Program-made: the position numbers and the translations under genes
DNA from: Wolbachia endosymbiont of Onchocerca ochengi
GTDB taxonomy: Bacteria; Pseudomonadota; Alphaproteobacteria; Rickettsiales; Anaplasmataceae
Assembly (NCBI RefSeq): GCF_000306885.1
Contig: NC_018267.1
Location: forward strand, 1-32,000
DNA length: 32,000 nucleotides
Direction: 5' to 3'
The notes under the pieces: generated by a model
Database searches by the model: none
The model's input: the letters and a program-made list of their open reading frames with translations, nothing else
What the model was told of the DNA's origin: nothing
Shown here: piece after piece, positions 29,061-32,000 of the stretch
Layout of the letters: each line of letters opens with the position of its first letter
How positions within the stretch are numbered: position 1 is the stretch's first letter

Positions 29061-29589
29061 AGCGCCTCTTAACCTTTTGTGCTTTTTTCATAGCTATATC
29101 ATACTTTAATTTAGATAAATGTCTAATATATAATATACCATTTAAATGATCTATCTCGTGTTGAATACATCTTGCAAGCCAACCACCAGCTTTTAGCATC
29201 TGCCCTTCATTATTTAAATCTTTATACTTTACAGTTAAATATTTTGGACGTCTGATTTCATAATTTTGCTCAGGAATTGAAAGACATCCTTCTTTAAGAA
29301 TTATTTGCTCATCAGATAACTCTATAATTTCAGGATTAATCATACAAAATTCACCGGTTGATTCATGTCCTGCTAACCCACTTTCAACATCTTCTAACTG
29401 GACATCCATAACAAAAACCCTCTTCAACACTCCAACTTGCACTGCAGCAAGGCCAAAACCCTCTGCATCATACATAGTTTCAAACATGTCGTTTACTAAT
29501 TCTCTAATTTCATCGTTTATATCTATTACTTCACTAGCACGTATAGTTAACTTTCCATCGGGGGCAATTATAATTGGCAGTTTAGGCAT
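29053..29589 (-). CDS. def: peptide deformylase
   Basis: All three deformylase motifs are present: GLAAVQVG, EGCLSIP and HEIDHLNG. Confidence 0.96.
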   Translation of the reverse strand: MPKLPIIIAPDGKLTIRASEVIDINDEIRELVNDMFETMYDAEGFGLAAVQVGVLKRVFVMDVQLEDVESGLAGHESTGEFCMINPEIIELSDEQIILKEGCLSIPEQNYEIRRPKYLTVKYKDLNNEGQMLKAGGWLARCIQHEIDHLNGILYIRHLSKLKYDIAMKKAQKVKRRYE

Positions 29590-29734
29590 AAGGCTATAAT
29601 TTTATATTTTATTTTTTCTCTTGTCCAGTATTTAAGGTATATTAAAATGTTGCTGTACTCCTACAATTACAATAGAAATATAAATTATTAAAGCAAGCTA
29701 CAATTTAAATGAAATTCTATAATAAGATTAACTA

Positions 29735-30973
29735 ATGTACTCTGCAGTAATAGTAAAACCAAAAAGAAACACTTTTGCTGTTTTAGATATAGGTACAACA
29801 AAGATTATTTGCCTAATTGTTGAGATCAGTGGAAACCTTAACTACAAAATAACAGGAACAGGTTATAAGATTGCAGAAGGTATAAATGGTGGATCAGTAA
29901 CTGATATAAAACATGCAAATTGCTCTATCTCATCAACTATAGCTCTGGCTAAACAAATATCAGAGAAAACCATAGACCAAATATACGTTAATGTTGCTGG
30001 ATGCGGAATCTCATCTTTCAATACACATAACGAAATTATTACAGCTAATCATGAAATTTCTGACCGAGACATAAAACGTGTAGTCTCTCAAACATTTGAG
30101 AAATACATTGAAGAAAACATTATCATTCACAATATACCACTGAAATATCAATTAGACGACATGACTGATATAAAGGAGGTCAGTGGTTTATATGGGAAAA
30201 AACTATCTGCTGACATGAATGTTGTTACTGCTTCGCGTCCGGCACTTACCAACATTGAAAATTGTATAATCAATAATGACGGAATAAGTATGGCTGGTTG
30301 TGTTGCTTCTGCGTATTCTGCTGGTTTTGCTTGTCTAAGTGAAGATGAAAAAGAGCTCGGAACTGCTATTGTTGATATAGGGGGTGGATATACTGCAGTC
30401 GGAATTTTCAAGCGAGGCAAGCCCATATATGCAAGCAGTATTCCAATCGGCGGTGTTCATATCACTCGAGATATAGCTTATGGGCTATGCACAAGTATAG
30501 AATATGCAGAACGTATAAAAATATTGTATGGTAACACTATTATAACCTCAATAGATAAAAACGAATATATTACAGTGCAAAATAATGAAAATGATGAACC
30601 AATTCAAGTGCCCAAGTACAAACTTGTTGATATCGTAAGACCAAGAGTTGAAGAAATACTCGAACTAGTAAAAGAGCAATTTCAAGAACAGAAAAACCTA
30701 ATTAATAAAGTAATCATCACAGGAGGAACAAGTCAGCTCACAAGCATGAAAGAGATTGCAAGCTACGTATTCAATAAACAAGTCCGTATTGGGTATCCTG
30801 AATCTTGTAATGGTCTCGAAGATGAATACAATAAAAATCCCATATTTTCTGCTGCTATAGGTTCCATAAAACTTATAATTGACACTTTTTACAAAAATAA
30901 TGCTAGAATGCTCAATCACGATAGTAAAATAGGTAAATTATACCACTGGGTAAAATCAAAGATTACAGCTTAG
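29735..30973 (+). CDS. ftsA: cell division protein FtsA
   Basis: 412-aa actin-fold ORF containing AVLDIGTTKI, IVDIGGGYTAV and ITGGTSQL. Confidence 0.9.
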   Translation: MYSAVIVKPKRNTFAVLDIGTTKIICLIVEISGNLNYKITGTGYKIAEGINGGSVTDIKHANCSISSTIALAKQISEKTIDQIYVNVAGCGISSFNTHNEIITANHEISDRDIKRVVSQTFEKYIEENIIIHNIPLKYQLDDMTDIKEVSGLYGKKLSADMNVVTASRPALTNIENCIINNDGISMAGCVASAYSAGFACLSEDEKELGTAIVDIGGGYTAVGIFKRGKPIYASSIPIGGVHITRDIAYGLCTSIEYAERIKILYGNTIITSIDKNEYITVQNNENDEPIQVPKYKLVDIVRPRVEEILELVKEQFQEQKNLINKVIITGGTSQLTSMKEIASYVFNKQVRIGYPESCNGLEDEYNKNPIFSAAIGSIKLIIDTFYKNNARMLNHDSKIGKLYHWVKSKITA

Positions 30974-31394
30974 TGACCTTATCAAGAGAAAGTGAAGAGA
31001 AAGATAACTCGCTTCATAGAAAGGCATATACCATTGCTACATGCAATGATATGATATAATAATTAGAACTTTAACCTAAAAGTAGTGACCACAATCAATG
31101 CACTAACTTCACCTAGAACGCCAAACGACTCACTTTATTTCTAACTTTTCCTTCAACAAAACTTTTGGCTTTATTAACAATCCTTTCTATACGTAGTGCT
31201 TTTTTAATGTTTCATAATGTTGTAAGAAAATTCCATAATTTTTATCATCTATTCAAAGATTAGTATAATCACCTCTCGCTTTCACATAATAAAATTAAGA
31301 TAAAAAATTATTATTTTAAGGTATTGATATATCAATAAAGTCAATAGTAAACTGAAAAATTCTGATTATAATTTACCTTGAGGCTTTTAAATTT

Positions 31395-32000
31395 ATGCTG
31401 AAAATCACTATAGTAGGACTGCCAAACACTGGCAAGTCAACCTTATTTAATAGGCTGGTGGGAAGAAAAGCAGCAGTAGTTAGCAACATTCCAGGAGTAA
31501 CAAGAGACAGACGTGAAGAAGCTGGAAGAATTAGTGATTTGGAATTTAAAGTTATAGATACAGGAGGATGGAACGACCGAACTAACTTTTCATTACAAGT
31601 TATTGAACAAATCGAATTTTCCTTATCTGATTCAGACATAATTTTCTTTCTTGTTGACGCAAAAGTGCAAGATGAGCAAAATAAAAAGTTTGCAAAATGG
31701 CTGAAAAGAAAAACAAATAAACCTGTAATACTCATAGCAAATAAATGCGAGAGTCATAAATCTGAAAATGTTGATTATCTGCAATTTTTTGATTTCATAG
31801 GTCCAGTATATATTTCAGCCGAACACAATCTTGGCATGGTTGATCTTTATAATACTCTATCTAGTGCTATTAAAAATTTAGATCAAGGCACCAAACTATT
31901 GGTTGACAAGTTCAGTAAGTTTAGAATCGCAATAATTGGCCGCTCGAATGTCGGGAAGTCAACCTTTCTAAACAGTTTACTCTCAGAAAACAGACTAATA
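31395..32000 (+). CDS. der: ribosome-associated GTPase Der/EngA (5' part; continues beyond the window)
   Basis: It is absent from the ORF track because it runs off the edge. The ATG at 31395 gives MLKITIVGLPNTGKSTLFNRLVGRKAAVVSNIPGVTRDR, then DTGG and NKCE. The second G-domain P-loop follows (RIAIIGRSNVGKSTFLN). There are 202 open codons to position 32000. Confidence 0.92.
   Translation, partial: MLKITIVGLPNTGKSTLFNRLVGRKAAVVSNIPGVTRDRREEAGRISDLEFKVIDTGGWNDRTNFSLQVIEQIEFSLSDSDIIFFLVDAKVQDEQNKKFAKWLKRKTNKPVILIANKCESHKSENVDYLQFFDFIGPVYISAEHNLGMVDLYNTLSSAIKNLDQGTKLLVDKFSKFRIAIIGRSNVGKSTFLNSLLSENRLI

Noticed and set aside
31323-31334. 12-bp palindrome ttgatatatcaa and sigma70-like hexamers (TTGATA ... 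TAAACT) upstream of der
   Set aside because: Promoter-like hexamers are abundant in sequence this AT-rich, so they are not supportable without transcription data.
1-32000. Search for CRISPR arrays, IS or transposase genes, WO-type prophage genes, toxin-antitoxin or defence modules, rRNA, tmRNA, RNase P RNA and 4.5S RNA signatures
   Set aside because: None was seen. There are no regularly spaced repeats, no transposase or integrase motifs other than the Xer relic, and no conserved ncRNA core motifs. The only TTCGAAT T-loops belong to the two tRNAs.

Overview
AT-rich core chromosome of a reduced obligate-intracellular alphaproteobacterium. Gene content and protein sequences look Rickettsiales/Anaplasmataceae, most like Wolbachia with a heavy pseudogene load; this is inference from reading the proteins, with no database search. 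I support 23 apparently intact protein genes: lpdA, a bamB-like gene, an HU/IHF gene, rpsI, rplM, a tolC-like gene, rlmE, ccmB, a dksA-like gene, gmk, a secreted pentapeptide-repeat protein, an ankyrin-repeat protein, ppa, a nitronate-monooxygenase-family gene, rnd, nuoH, nuoG, a 70-aa ORF, guaB, a family-4 UDG, def, ftsA, and der (partial at the right edge). There are also 2 tRNAs, Ser-GCU and Asn-GUU. At least six genes are decayed or frameshifted: a XerC/D-type recombinase, pdxJ, a DUF2497/PopZ-like gene, coq7, coaE, and a probable nuoI relic just downstream of nuoH. By my own coordinates about 66% of the window is intact coding sequence, about 12% recognisable pseudogene, and about 22% unassigned AT-rich spacer. 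I found no CRISPR array, IS or transposase, prophage, defence or toxin-antitoxin module, and no convincing novel multi-gene system. The items most worth a second look are the nuoI relic beside intact nuoG/nuoH, the coq7 and pdxJ frameshifts sitting exactly in poly(A) tracts, erosion of three cofactor pathways, the tandem signal-peptide pentapeptide-repeat and ankyrin pair next to tRNA-Ser, and a 61-nt Y-shaped hairpin element inside a 1.6 kb gene desert.
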